Shown: one piece after another, positions 27,991 through 43,770 of the stretch
Layout of the letters: every line of letters begins with the position of its first letter
Position numbering within the stretch: the stretch's first letter is position 1
NCBI RefSeq assembly: GCF_009914755.1
Contig: NC_060930.1
Reading direction: 5' to 3' (one strand)
Length of the DNA: 64,000 nucleotides
Source of the DNA: the human T2T-CHM13v2.0 reference genome, Homo sapiens
Translations under genes and position numbers: made by a program
Notes under the pieces: generated by a model
What the model saw: the letters and a program-made list of their open reading frames with translations, nothing else
Database searches by the model: none
What the model was told of the DNA's origin: nothing

Positions 27991-29393
27991 CTAGGCCTCT
28001 AGAATGGACTTCTTTGCTTACTGCCTAAAAACCAAACTGGCAAACCTAACTATCCTGGGCTACTCTGATGATAAAATCCTGTCAGTGACAAAAAATAAAT
28101 TGCTTTAAGAAAAGATAGAGTGCAACTTTAATGTGTATGTGTAGTGAAAATTTCAAAGGCATAAAAAGCAAATTAGAAATTGAATGAAGACTACTGTAAA
28201 ACCTCTTAAGAGTCTGAGGAAATAACTGTGCTGCCTATTTCCTGTATAACAGTTCCAAATATAAAGTACTTTGGTATAACTCTTCATTTATGTGAAGATT
28301 TAGAGTGGGTACAAAGAGAGAACTGTTTCAGGATACATGGTGAAACTAGACACCAGATTTGGACATTGAATGATTTGAGGAATCCATCTATTTTTTCCTA
28401 TAATCAGGCAGTGTTTATCTTTGCTAATGTCTGCTTGTAATAGTAAATGGTACTGTGTTGCTTGGCAATTCTACCATTACTAACAGTGTTCTATAAATCT
28501 GAGTATGCATTGCAGAAATGATTTCTTCTCTATAAAATTCTTTAAAATAAGATTACATTTTGACTTTACACATTATTTTCTAGCATAATTTACCCTGGAA
28601 GGCATAATATAATCCACACTGTGATCAAGAACTTCAGATTTCTAACTTAATTGCCTAATTACTTAGTATTTATCACAACCATTAATCAATTCAATCTATA
28701 TTAACTTAATACACTTAACTTTCCATAAGCAAATCAAAGAAACTAACAAAGACTTTTCATTTTTGTACAATACTATATGAAGAAAATAGAAATGCAATTT
28801 TGAGAATGACAGCACTAATAGTATAATATAGAAGAGTGGAATCCTAATTTCAGGATAGAAATTAAAGAAATATATGAAAACCAGCATATATCCAAAGAAT
28901 TCTTAGAATACCATACTGTCCCTGAAAAATAATGTATCCACACTTTTTATTTCCTTATTATTTCTCAGAATGATAGAATAGTGTAATTGCGGACACGAAA
29001 GACATTAGATTTCTAATTCCAGGTGATGTTTTCACTGATGTGATTTTCCCCCTACTTTTTATGTTAAGAAACTCTCAAAACTACAATTTATTAAAACTAT
29101 GTGCTTTAGTAACAACACAGGATAAAATATTAACTCAACAGTCAACTGAAAACATCAAAGATCTGTATTCCCTAAGTTTTATTTACCTTTTAAATTTAGT
29201 TAACATATTCCAAATAATTTTTAGGTGAATTCTATTTACTTAAATTGATTTACAAAGAAACTTGTGGCTAGCTTTCTGTGATTCCAACATAAGGGCACAA
29301 TTGTTATGTGTACTTTTGTCAACATTTGAATTCCAGACAGATTCCTGGTTTAGTCTAAATGTAAAGGTTACTCTAAAAATTCTTTACTTATCA

Positions 29394-29579
<186 letters not shown>

Positions 29580-30693
29580 TCAGAGCATATCTGTATCGAT
29601 AAATCTTCTCACAAGATTATTCTGCCATTTATTAGAAAATATTTATAGCAATGATGCTCACATTATTTATGTGAAAACCTCAAATATTTAAAAATGTTTG
29701 AGTAACAATGTATTAAATTATCTTTATTTTACATTCCACTGACCCTCCTCCTTCTACTTTCTACCTCTTCAATGAGGTTTTCAAGGCACAAAATAAAGAC
29801 AAAGGGCACAGACGGAAGTAGAGAGGTATATGACTCTAAGATTGGAGATTGGACAGAGCTAAGCAAACTCCAAATGACAGAGAACTCTGGGTAGAACTAC
29901 AGGAGAAATTACAGGACTCTAAAACTAAAGAAACTCTAGTTGGGTGAGCTTTGGTGAAGGATTAACTTTTCCATTTTTTTTTTCCCAGATGCTGTTTGAG
30001 GTACCCATTTGCTTGAAAGATACCTATGACTATGGCCTAAAAGATGTCTAAAGTAGAGATCTGTGGAATCCAGGAAAATCAGTCAGGAGTCAAAAAGCAA
30101 AGAATCTAGATTCATTTATTGAAGGCGAGACTTGTTGCTACTGAATTGATGCTAAAGCATCAAAACACGGTACAGGAAACAAACAATCAAACAAAAACCT
30201 AAGTTACCTGACTAGTCAAAATGCCTAACAGAAAGAATAAAAAAAAAACAAGGAAAAAATCAAATACTGTTCATTAAAGAAATTTTAAAGTTAGTTTTAT
30301 GAAATTCTCTCAATTTCTTATTAAAAACATTCATGTAGCTTTAGCTTTTCTTTTGAAAAGCAAAGGTGAGGCACAAGTGAGCTTCCCAATGTAATTGTTT
30401 ATTGGAAAAAAACTGAATTGCAGTATTTCAGGCAACTTGCTATTTAAGTTTCAGACATCAAAACTTTCACAGGTATGTTTCCGTTACTAATGAAAATATA
30501 GATGTTTAACAATTTGTCTACCTAATCATATTCCAAATTCAGCTTGTAACATTTTGTACTTTGTGTTAGCCTCCATTAAACGCTTTTCTAAGATCAGCAA
30601 TGTCTCATTATAGGCCATGAAAGAACAAACCTTGAATTATAATGTGAAATTCTAAATCCATAAAGATATTAAAGCAATAGAGAACAAAATTTA

Positions 30694-31035
<342 letters not shown>

Positions 31036-31849
31036 TTAATCATGTAAATGACTGGTGGTATAAAATCTTTTCTCTTAAATACTTAATTTCCATTCAACAA
31101 ACATTTTTTGAGAATCTGCCATATGGGAGACATTCTATAATATAATGGATGCAGAATAAAGGAGAGCTAGTCCCAAGAGCCCAGGGAGTTTATAATTTAG
31201 CAAGAGAGGAGAAACATGTCAACGTAAAATAGAAGGTGGATGTAGAACATACTGCAAAAGAAAAACAGAAGAGTTCTTTTCAAACTTGGACAAGAGAAAT
31301 TAATTCTAGCTATAGAGCAAGAGAGACTACTTTATGGAAGTAGCATTTGAGCTGGTTACTAAACTAATGGATAGAATTTTTATACTCATATATTCTTCTG
31401 ATGAATTTTTAAAATAATACAAGGAATATTTGATCTCTGAAAAAAAATTAGATAAAACATATTATTAAACCATCTGCTAAATATGGTACATAGCCTTCCA
31501 TATTTTTTCACTCACGAAAAAATAGTAAACACCATTTCAGCACACACTTTGTGCCAGGTAAGTATTATTATCATCTCTAACATCAAACAAAAGTGCACTA
31601 GAAGTCCATGTTGATTTTCCCAGAACACTGCTTCCACCTTTTTCAGGAAGGATATTTCCCTACATTTGCGATTATTTGGAAATAAACAAAAAAACAAGGA
31701 CATATAAATCAAAAGCCCTCTCCTGTAGTTATATCATATTATACTAATGCTGTAACAGTATCATAGTGATAATATCAGTATCAATCAATATCATTGTTGA
31801 AGGTAGAAGTTTCTTTTTTTTAATTGTGAAAATAAAAGCAACTAACTAC

Positions 31850-32046
31850 ATTTCAGCCTCAGAACTACTCACATTTTGGGCTGGATAATTGTTTTAGGGG
31901 GACTGTCCTATGGGCTGTAGGATGCTTAGCAATATTTTTTATCTCGACTCATTAGATACTAGAAGCAACATAAAAAAAAAAAATCTCCAGATACTGCCAG
32001 ATGTTCCTTGGTGAGTGTGGGGACACTGCTTAGTTGAGAACCACTA
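31850..32046 (+). mobile_element. MER20 (hAT-Charlie)
   Basis: acattttgggctggataatt...tctccagatactgccagatgttcct...gttgagaaccact. Confidence 0.8.
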
Positions 32047-32121
32047 CCGAATTTTATAAATATAATTTAATTCATTACTTACTCTGTGAGTACTTATCCT
32101 GTCAACACTGAAATATACTTA

Positions 32122-32241
<120 letters not shown>

Positions 32242-33445
32242 CTAAAATGATTAAAAAAAATACTACTACTGAAAAGTTTGTCTAATGTTAAACTTTTTTG
32301 GGGGTACAAAATTAATCTTAAAATATCATTTCCAATTCCACTGTATAGGATGCTTTAAAATTGTTAGCAAAAGGATTCTGAGTAACGTCAGTTTAGGGCT
32401 GAAAATAAAGCTGATGAATTGTATTTTTGTGTTGTTATGCAATGTGCAAATGCACATTTAATTAGTATGTGTTTTTGTAGTATGTTCACTTTCCCAAAAT
32501 TTGGTCAGTCCCAAACAAGAAGTACTTCCAACAAACACATCTTGTAACATTACATTTTTTGTTTAAAATCATGTAAGAAGCTTCCAATTTTTATAAATTC
32601 AAAACCACATGTAGAAATAATTTTCAAGTTTCTATTCTTATTTAGATAAGAATTTCTAACAACAGAATGAACTGCTTTTTCAACAGATCTGATAGACTCA
32701 ACAGATTTAACTAAAATTCATGGAAATTATTTTTCACTTAGGGTGTCTTTTTTCAACTACTATCATAATTATATTATGAAAAATTGAAGAAAAAGGTATA
32801 ATATGTTAGGCAGAAACTGAATCAATTTATATAGAACAAATTCAAGTTTAATGATTCATTTGTATTTTTAAATAAAAAGTAAAAAATGTACACTAACAAA
32901 ACTGCTTAACATACAAGCTGTCTTAAAAACACTCCAGCCCCCAAATGAAAGAACTTATTCATTTGTTTCTATTCGGCAAATTTCAAATGAAACAATTATT
33001 GTGATTAAATGACAGATCTTCATAATAACCGCATAACTCTGAAAGACACCAGTGTTGATAAAATACTGAGAACACTGTTTTTAGAGATATAATTGGACCA
33101 AGGAAAAAGGATATAATAGGAAATATAAATTATTACTTATCGATGGTAATATAACATACATCTCATTTTAGCATAAATGTCACCCAATGGATTACTGAAT
33201 GCCACAGTGCAAATGGGGTATAAAAAAGTGAAATTAACACCTGGCCAAAATTTTAAATCTTCACTAAGTCGTTATATCATCAGTCAGCCATCAGGAGGGT
33301 GTGCTAATTAATTATTGATAACTAAGAAAAACTGTTAATTTTTTGAAATGAGAGAACAGAATGTCCTGACATCCTATCTTAAAGTCATGTGATTGGATTT
33401 TTCCAACTTCTTTAATTAAATCCCAAAATATAAAATATGATTTTA

Positions 33446-33559
<114 letters not shown>

Positions 33560-33999
33560 TTAAAAAAATAAGATCACTCACTTATGAATGTCACACAGAG
33601 TTAGAAACAAATAATAGGAAATCGGGGGAAACTATACCCCAGTAAAACAGTCAAAGAATTGAAGGGCTATTAAAAGGTATTTCAGTTTAAAAAAGCCAAA
33701 AATCAAAATGCAACTCACAAACAAACCCCAATTATCTTTAAATGAATTCTTTACTCTTTTAAATTATTTTTGATGACTTCTTTCCCTTTTTCACTTACCT
33801 GAATTTAACTATAAAAAGAAATGAGCCTCTCAGTACATGTGTATATGGCTTATATTCCAAAGCCAAATAATTTGAACCATCCGACATGTAACATTATTTC
33901 TCATCTTTATTAACCTATAAATCTGTTTTGGATTCCTAGAAAAATACCTATATTCTAATATGCACCAGTTTAACATCAATTCTTTGGAGTCAAATAATC

Positions 34000-34450
34000 T
34001 TAAAATTGAAAGACCTCAGAGACCATTAAGTTCAACTTCATACCCACTCAGGAATATCTCAAACACCACCACTAACAGATGGCTGTTCAGCAACTGTGAA
34101 TTCAGTATTTTATAAAACAGCTATTCAACTGGTGAACTGCTTCCTGTATTAAAATATTCTTTCTAATTCTGAACAAAGAAAATCTATCTTCTACAGCTTT
34201 GGCCCACCTCTACCCACTGGAGTAACATGGACCAATTTCCTTTTTTTTTTTTTTGCACATTTGGATATCGTATGGCCAAATAGTTGAAGAAAGTCTTTAT
34301 GTCTCTTTTATAATCTCAACTACTGCTATTATGACAGAGTTAGTTTTCAGATACCTTTCTATTCAGAGTCTTTCCTGAATATGTTCCAAATTTATTAACA
34401 TCCCTACAGCTGAACTGAGTAAATCAGCAGTATTATCCTTTTGATCTGGA
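34000..34450 (-). mobile_element. Probable L3/CR1 fragment
   Basis: gaaagacctcagagaccattaagttcaac...aacagatggctgttcagc...aatattctttctaat. Confidence 0.45.
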
Positions 34451-34559
34451 TCCCATACCAATTAATTATAGCGCTAGCCTACATGCCCAGTCTCTGAAAT
34501 TATGTAAAAAGTGACTATTTAATAGATACAATAAATTTCTTCATTCTTTCAGATAATAA

Positions 34560-34890
<331 letters not shown>

Positions 34891-35197
34891 ACCATATTAT
34901 TCTTATATCAAGATAAAACTTTAAATAATTGCAAATTTCCCTTCTATATGTTTGCAAATTTTAAGGTTCTTGAAGAAAAAGTAAGAATGATAATCACCAG
35001 TTCAAAGAAATATATTTATGCAATTTGGCATATGACTGGTTGTTATAGCAAAGATTAATTGAATCTAAATGTTTAAGAATTTAAAAACTTAAAAATTACA
35101 AACAGAAGTCCCTTAGTGTCATATCTATCATATGACCTGCAAAATAAGCATAAACCTAAATATGCGCAATCATCAGTACATAACCCTCTCAAGCCTA

Positions 35198-35584
<387 letters not shown>

Positions 35585-37799
35585 TTAAGCAAGCAAGTGA
35601 CAACGACCAATGGTAAACCAAGTTTTAAAACAATGAAAAATATAATGATGATCTCATATTTGATGACTGGAATTTTCACATGTGACAAAGTTATTTGTTA
35701 TAGTTATTATCCAGCATATTATATCCACTAATTGTAATCTATACTATAAAATTAATAACTTTTTAAAACCTACCTATTTTGCTGTTGGTTAAACACACAT
35801 TGAACAGTTGGTAAAATATTGCATTTAGTACAATATACATAAAAAATATATAGGGAGAAACTTTAATGATTTCCCATTTAGGTTGTGTATACCACTTTTA
35901 CAAAGTGTTTATTAATGGGGGTTTAGAGAATAGAATAGTCTATTAACTTTTATATTTGTAATTTCAAAGCCTAGATAGTAAAAATGAAGATCTCAAAGAT
36001 TTAAGAGATACTAAAATTATTATATTTTGAATTCTCAAGTAAAATAAGATTAAAATAATTATGACATTTTGATAGAAAAGACTATCCTACATTAAGCACG
36101 TTCTTTTTGTTTAACACTCATTATCCTGTCCTCTAAATAATGGCTAACTAAAAAAAATTAAGATTATTATCACTGCTACAGTCTTGACAAATGAGTAAAC
36201 CCTTAAGGGTTAACCTCTTAGATACTCTGCATTTCTAACAATGTATAAAACTAGGTGAAATCTACCAATATACAGGTGCTATATAAGTGTGAAGCATTGG
36301 ATTTTTAAATATATTTTGTTAAATTATCAAAATTAGAAGAACATATTAATTTTAAATATGGGATTTGTATTCATCCTTTTAATTACTGCTTGAAAACTAA
36401 AGCAAATTGAGTCTGTTACAAGATTACTGATAAGAGAAAAAAAAACAGTTTCTATTCAAGAAAAATATTCTATGAGTTTCCTCAGCAGCTGCTTACAATA
36501 TAGGATATGATCTTCAATTACTAAGAATCCAAACTAATAATAGAGGAAGTGAAAGAACATGTTTTCGAGTAAAAATAAAGCCCATGAATGAATCAATTGC
36601 ACAAGCATTTTTACCACAGTGTATTCTCAATAAGCATATTTATATGAAATATGATGCCTATTAAAAGAAAAAACCACTAATTTTGGGAAAATATTAAAAA
36701 GATAGATGAAAAACTCAGTTGTTTGGTAATAAATCTTAGTAGCATTATTTAAAATACTATATAACAGGCAGAAATGAAGCAAATACATCTTCAAAACAGC
36801 TCAATATAATTAAAACAGACATAATATTAAAAAAATAAAAGTAAAGCTTTTTGTGTAAAAACTGAACTGGAATCAATGATGGTTTCTGTTACCCAGGCCA
36901 TGGTAGAATCTGAGATTAAAATAAATATATAAATGGGTTTGGGGAAAAAAAATCAGACCAGATCATAGAGAACAAAGAAATACAAATTTGTAAAGACTGA
37001 ATGAACACACACAAAAATTACTAGATTTGGGAAAGAAAAAACATAAAGTTAAGCCATATGTTTGAGAAAAGGGAATAGTGGGCACATATAGGCCTGTGTG
37101 GGAGCCATTACATATGGAAAAGCCTCTCTGACTGTATTAGAAGTTGTTGATTTGAGAAAAACACAGATTATTCCAGGGATAACTAAAGAAGGGTATTTAG
37201 GATAAACCCATATGGCAGAAAGCTAATCAAGTGGGAAATACTTAGGAGACACTAACAATAATATGTGTCAGGGATCCTCAGGAATAAAGAAGGAGAAGAC
37301 ATGGACAGAAATTCATACTTCTGCCACTTGTGAGCATTTGCAATTCTAATTCTCTTTCTTTGGACAACAGCTCCTTTATTACAAGTATTCCTTACCTCTT
37401 TCAAAACTCTCCTTGTCATTTTGATGCTAGCCACATGCTTCTCTTTTCACTCAGTTAATGCTTTCACAATACTATTTTAATGATGTAAAGAGTCCTAAAT
37501 TAGTATCAGTTTTAAAGATAAATAAGGAAAAAATGTGTGCTTTAGCATAATATACTACATATTGTGTGCAGAAACCCAAGATAGCTTCAAGAAATAATAG
37601 AATTTGGGCTGGATTTTAAATAATAACTACAAACCTATGAGAGCTCACAAAAGGCACTTAATTTTTGTTGAATGAATAAGTTATTCAGGAAGGGTAGGAG
37701 AAGGTCATTTAAGTATAGGAAAAGTAGGTAAGTTTCAAAGGGCAGGAAGATGCCAAAGAAGATAAGATGCTAGGGTGTTTCAAAAGATTACGTGGGTAA

Positions 37800-38800
37800 A
37801 GCAAAGGGTACAAGGGAAGCGCATGAGAAAAGAATGTTGGGTCAATGAGGAACATGCCTGTTAGGCCATGCTAAGGAACTGGAAAATTTTTCAATGGGCA
37901 ATGGGTAAAGTCTTTTAAAAAATTAAGGCATTATGAAAGATAGTTATGGAAAGATAATTTTAGCACAGCAGAGACAGAGGACTTAGAGACTGAACACTGA
38001 GGTCAATAGCAACAATTTAAGCAAAGAGTAATAGGGCTTGAATTAAAGCAAACGCAATAGAGAGGACGTGACAAAACTGTGAGCCTTTTAGGAGGGAGAA
38101 TTGGCAGACTTTAGTGCTAGTTGGATGTGAAAGAAATGATGGGAAAGAAAGAAGAGATGAACACCACTCTGAGTTTTCAGCTTGGGAGATGGTGGATAAG
38201 GATGCCATTAAAATATATGTAAGAGAATTAAAAGAGGAAAACAAAATTTAAGGAGGTGGGTAAGTTTGGTTTTGGATTTGAGGTGGCAATGGGCCATTCA
38301 AATGGAAACGTGTAATAGGAAGTCAAATTCATAAAAAAGGTGTGCGCTAGAAGTCATTAGCATATCAGCAAGAGTCAAAGCTGGGAAAGGTAAGAGAAAC
38401 TAGGATAAGCATATAAAACCAGGAGATGATCAGCTAAAGGATCCTGGGGATAAAACATATAGACGATCGGCAGAGGAAAATAAATCAGAGAAAGACAATG
38501 GATAGAACTGGTCAGAGTAATAAAAAGAGAAGAGAAGAGGTTGTCAATGAAAACTATGAATTCAAAATATTTCAAGACTGGTCAATAATCAATTACTACA
38601 GTGAAGGCAAGCAGAGCAGGAGTTAAACTGTCCAAATGGATTTAAAAATAGCAAGAAACTGCCAACCTCTGAAGAAAGAAGTTTATGTAGCATGGTGGGA
38701 AAGAAAGCCAGAATAACTGGGCTGAAGTAAAGACAGTATGTGTAGAATACTCCTGATGGTGTAGAAAAAGAAAAATAATGGGCTAGTCTAGAAGGCAGGA
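37800..38800 (-). mobile_element. L2 fragment
   Basis: ggccatgctaaggaact...agttggatgtg...gagttttcagcttggg...tttggatttgaggtggc. Confidence 0.6.
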
Positions 38801-38848
38801 AGAACTGAAAATGATGTTTTTAAGATAAGGCAATTTGAGCATATTTCT

Positions 38849-39140
38849 TTTTTCTTTTTGAGGCAGAGTCTCAATCTGTCACCCAGGCTGGAGTGCAATG
38901 GCGCAATCTCGGCTCACTGCAACCTCCACCTCCCAGTTCAAGTGATTCTCTTGCCTCAGCCTCTGAAGTAGCTGGGACTACAGATGCAGACCACCACACC
39001 CGGCTTATTTTTGTATTTTTAATAGAGACAGGGTTTCGCCATGTTGGCCAGGCTGATCTCGAACTCCTGACCTCCAGTGATCTGCCCACCTCGGCTTCCC
39101 AAAGTGCTGGGATTACAGGCATAAGCCACTGCGCCCGGCC
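38849..39140 (-). mobile_element. AluSx-like
   Basis: 16-bp target-site duplication ATTTGAGCATATTTCT at 38833-38848 and 39142-39157. Confidence 0.95.
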
Positions 39141-40540
39141 CATTTGAGCATATTTCTAAGATGAGAGGACACAATCAATAGAGAGAAAGATATTAATCAG
39201 ACTAGTAGATGTAATACAAATTTTCAGGGACTGAGATGAAAAGTACAGGTCAAATAGCCTTTAAAACGTCAGTCACGTGCCTCTTTGTTAAAAGAGATGG
39301 ACAGAGATTAAAAATGGACATATCTATGGATATTAGGAGGGAAATCAGAGGGAAATATACGAAGATCATGTCTGACTAAATTTCATCTAAATTGAAGATA
39401 GTCATCTAATGAAGTGGGAAGACTGTGATTTACTGTAGAGAATGTTCATGGTAAGTTTGGATCTGCTGCCAGAGGAAAAAGAAAAGGAAGCTGAGTAAAG
39501 TAAAAGGATTCCTCAGCAGAGATGACAGCTTAGGTGACATTAAGACTTACAAATCCAAAGTCACCCCTCAGCAAAGTTACATATTTTTCTCTAGTATGGC
39601 CTGGCATTGGACAGAATGGCTGTGCTAAAAGAACAGATCAGATAGTTTCTTGAGGATATTGTCAAAAAGGAGTAATAGTAGGTTCCCAGCATGACCAAGA
39701 AGGAAGTCAATTGTTACTAATTCTCATCTTTTTCATTTAAATAAAAACTAACCAATAATGGTAACATCTTGATTAGATATTTTATACAGAAAAGGAGGTT
39801 GGCAAGATCAGTAGAAGAAGTGGTCTGAACACTAAAAGTAACACGAAGTGTTAAGAGAGTAGAAGGCAGAAGTAAATGACAATGAATTCAGCATGGATCT
39901 CAACTGTTTACATGTCAGTTTCGTAGTGTGTGGAGAGAATAATGTCTTACCTAATAGCTGTAAGAATCAAATTAAGTGATGTATCTAAAAGCACCCTGAA
40001 AACTAACAGTATTTTTAGAACACATTCAAGGTAGAACAAGCAACTAAAAAAAGTATAAATGAAACTTTTAAAGTTAGCTTTTAAAATGTTTTATTGTGAT
40101 ACTTATTAAATTGAAAAGGGATAAATTATTTTTAAGATTGACATTCTGAAAAATGTAAATGTTTAACCAATCTATAAAACTGTTAAAATATAAGGTACAT
40201 ATTTATTTCCTCTACTGTGATATACTGAGCACCACTGGATTCTACCCTCTGCAAATCCAGCCAATAGTGAAGACAGTATCCCTGCCACCAAGAGCTTATG
40301 CTCTAGGAAAAAATCTCAAGTGTTTAATAACCCCTAACCCCATCTCAAAGCATTAATCAGTTTACATAATGATCATTTAAAGATGGTGAGGACTAGAAAT
40401 ATTATATGCTACATAAATAAAAGACATTTAAGAAAAATGTCTTTAAAAAGTGTTACTATAATTTATGGAATCAGTCTGCATGATGCATATTTATGACAGT
40501 CCCTTCTTGGGAAAATACGACTGGAGCATAAGAGTAGTTA

Positions 40541-40750
<210 letters not shown>

Positions 40751-41392
40751 TTAGAAATTAGGTTTCCAGACAGAAGATCCTTAATCCAATAATATACAAA
40801 TATATAATTTAATATTATTTAGACATAAGCAGTCTATAACAAAATTATAACCAAAGACATTTGCAGCACAGAGAAAATTTCAAAATTTACTTAAGAATAG
40901 TTTTTCTTTTGCTTTACACAAAAATTCACATGCAAAATTTTCAGTTATAATTTTGCTACAATTATCAATTATTTTCATCTCTTTAAAGAAATCCCCTAAG
41001 AATCTTTAATAATAAATTTATATCAGTTGAATAATAACATTTACATTGCAATTCACTTATATTCTATAATTTAGGCTTTCATTATTATTTCACCTGAAAA
41101 TCAACTAAATGCCAACCAAAAATTTAATTATTTGAAGTAAGGAGAAATTTAAATTGTGCTATTGTCAAAAGTAAATTTTAATACTAAAATGAACAGGGAT
41201 AGTAATCAGGGATAGTATGGGAATTAACAATGACTCAATCAGACACACAAAGCACTGTGGTATTTTACTATATGTTTAAACATACAATGAAATCTAAGAT
41301 AGTAACACGGAAAAACAAAGTTTCCAAGTCTCTGCTTCCATCTAGTGGTAAAAATCAATTGCCCTTTAAAATACTTAGCAGTTCAGAAATAA

Positions 41393-42108
41393 CAGCAGTC
41401 CCCCCTTATGTGCAGTTTCACCTTCTGTGGTTTCAGTTACCCGCAGTCAACCATGGTCTGAAAATATCAAATGGAAAATTCCAGAAATAAATAATTCCTA
41501 AGTTTTAAAATGCACATCATTCTGAGTAGTGTTATGAAATCTCATGCCATTTAGCTCCATGTCTCCAGCATGTGAATTATCCTGTGTTCAATGTATCCAT
41601 GCTATAGATGCTGTCTATCAGAAACTTAGTAGCTGTCTCAGTTATCAGACTGGTTGTCACCCAGTGCTTTTGTTCAAGTAACCCTTATTTTACTTAACGG
41701 TCACAAGGTGCAAGAGTAATCATGTTGGCAATTGGCATATGCCAAAGGGAAATGATAAAGTACTTCCTTTGACTGAAAAGGTGAAAGTTCTTGATTTAAA
41801 AAGGAAAGAAAAAAAAATCATATGTTGAGGTTGCTAGGATCTACAGTAAAAATCTTCTATCCGTGAAATTGTGAAGAACGAAAAAGAGGTTTGCGCTAGT
41901 TTTGCTGTCACACCTCAAACGACAAAAGTAATGGCCTTTAGTGCATGGTAAGTGTTTTGTTAAGATGGAAAAGATATAAATCTGTGGGTGGAAAGCATGA
42001 GCATACATGTGTTTCTACTGATGGCAATCGGGTTCAGTACTACTTGAGGTTTCAGGCTTCCACTGAGGGTCTTAGAACATATACCCTATGGAAAAAGAGG
42101 GACTACTG
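41393..42108 (+). mobile_element. MER44 (Tigger7-derived, MER44C/D size)
   Basis: Terminal inverted repeats CAGCAGTCCCCCCTTAT...AAGAGGGACTACTG|TA. Confidence 0.85.
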
Positions 42109-42109
42109 T

Positions 42110-43770
42110 ACTTGTGGAATAGCAAAGTAAGAATCTTAGAAAAAATCTCCTCCCCACAGAAGCAACAAGAACACTGGCAAAAACTGTCAAAAATCAACAT
42201 TCTCAGAACTCTGAAAATTAAGCAAAGCTTACAAAAATTTGAAGAGTATTTAAGAAAAATGGCTGAATTTGGTAAGAACATTGAGCTTTACGGTGTTTTA
42301 ACTTGCTATGTTCTCATTCCTGTCTCAAACTTTCAAGGAGCCTTAAAAACCAATAAAAATCAAGAGACTGGTTGGGGCAGAACAGGTCTGATGCTCCCTA
42401 AAAGCCCCATCCCCAAAGACTTCTCACTATTTGACAGTCTGGCCCTCCAGGAAAGATCCACTGTCAGGGCCTGCCTTTATTTGACCTGGCTCACAGCATG
42501 CTCTGGGAGGACAGCCCTAACCCTAAGGTGCATGTCAAAACAACCCGTGGCATCATTTAATATCACAGCTGCAAGTGAGGCTAAGAAGAGGCTCACCAAA
42601 GAACTTAAAATAAAAACAAAAAACAAAATGAAACAGAACAAAACAAAAAACCGGGCATGAGATGTCCATAGGGGACACTGATAAACTCCAAAATATTCCT
42701 GGGTATCTAGAAGGATTCCCATCCATGTATGTGAAGGGAATATGCACAACCAAGAAAGACCTGACAGGCTTTACTTCTCACTCGGGCTGACGTGAGGAGG
42801 CTCAGGACAAACAGAAAGTAAAGCTAAGGCAGAGCTGTAGATTGTGTACCGAAGCATTGAAGGTATACCCCAACACACACAGAGTCTCTTGGCAAAGACC
42901 AGTAGACCTATCCACTCAAGTATTTAAAAATCTCTGTCTAACCACAACGGTGGTCTCTGTCTGACCACGAACTTAACCGAGCACAGACATCAATGGCAAC
43001 ACATGACAGACAGTAAAGACTACAGAATTAGTCCAAAATCACAAAGCTAACTGCAAAAATAATAAATCTTGGGTGGGCGTGAGGGGAGAAAGGAGGGCAT
43101 CTGATTTCCAGAGTTGCCACACTGCATTATTAAAACATCCAGTTTTCAATACAAAATTATGAGAAATGGAAAAAACAGGAAAGAGTGGCCCATACACAGG
43201 GGAAAAAAGTCATCCACATAGAAACTGAGGAAGCCCAGACGCTGGGCTTTCTCAACAAAGACTTTCAATCCACTATTATAAATATATTCCAAGATCTAAA
43301 GAAAACTATATCTAAAGAATTAAAGTGTGAAAAGGATTTCCCACCAAAAAAGAGAGTATCAATAAAGAAATAGATATGATTAAAAAAAAAGTCCAACTAG
43401 AAATTTTACAGTTGAAAAGTACAATAACTGAAATAAATAATTCACTAGAGGGGCTCAAAAGCAGATCTAAACTGAAAGAATTACTAAATTTGACAACAGG
43501 TCAACTGAGATTATCCAGTCTGAAAAAAGCAGAAAAAGAATGAAGAAAAATAGAAAAGTTTCAGAGACTTGTGGGACACCACCAAGAGTACCAACACAGG
43601 CATAACGGGACTCCCAGAAGAAAGAGAAAAGGGCCAAACAGAACATTTCAAGAAATAATGACTGAATACATCTCTAATTTGTGAAAAACACTGATCTGCA
43701 TATTCAACAAGTTAAAGGAATTCCAAGTAGACACATCATAATCAAATAGTCAAAAACCAAAGACAAAGAT
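42110..43770 (+). mobile_element. Old L1M 5' region and ORF1 remnant
   Basis: ORF1-like ctagaaatt...aagtacaataactgaaat...aattcactagaggggctc...cagagacttgtgggacaccaccaag. Confidence 0.75.
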
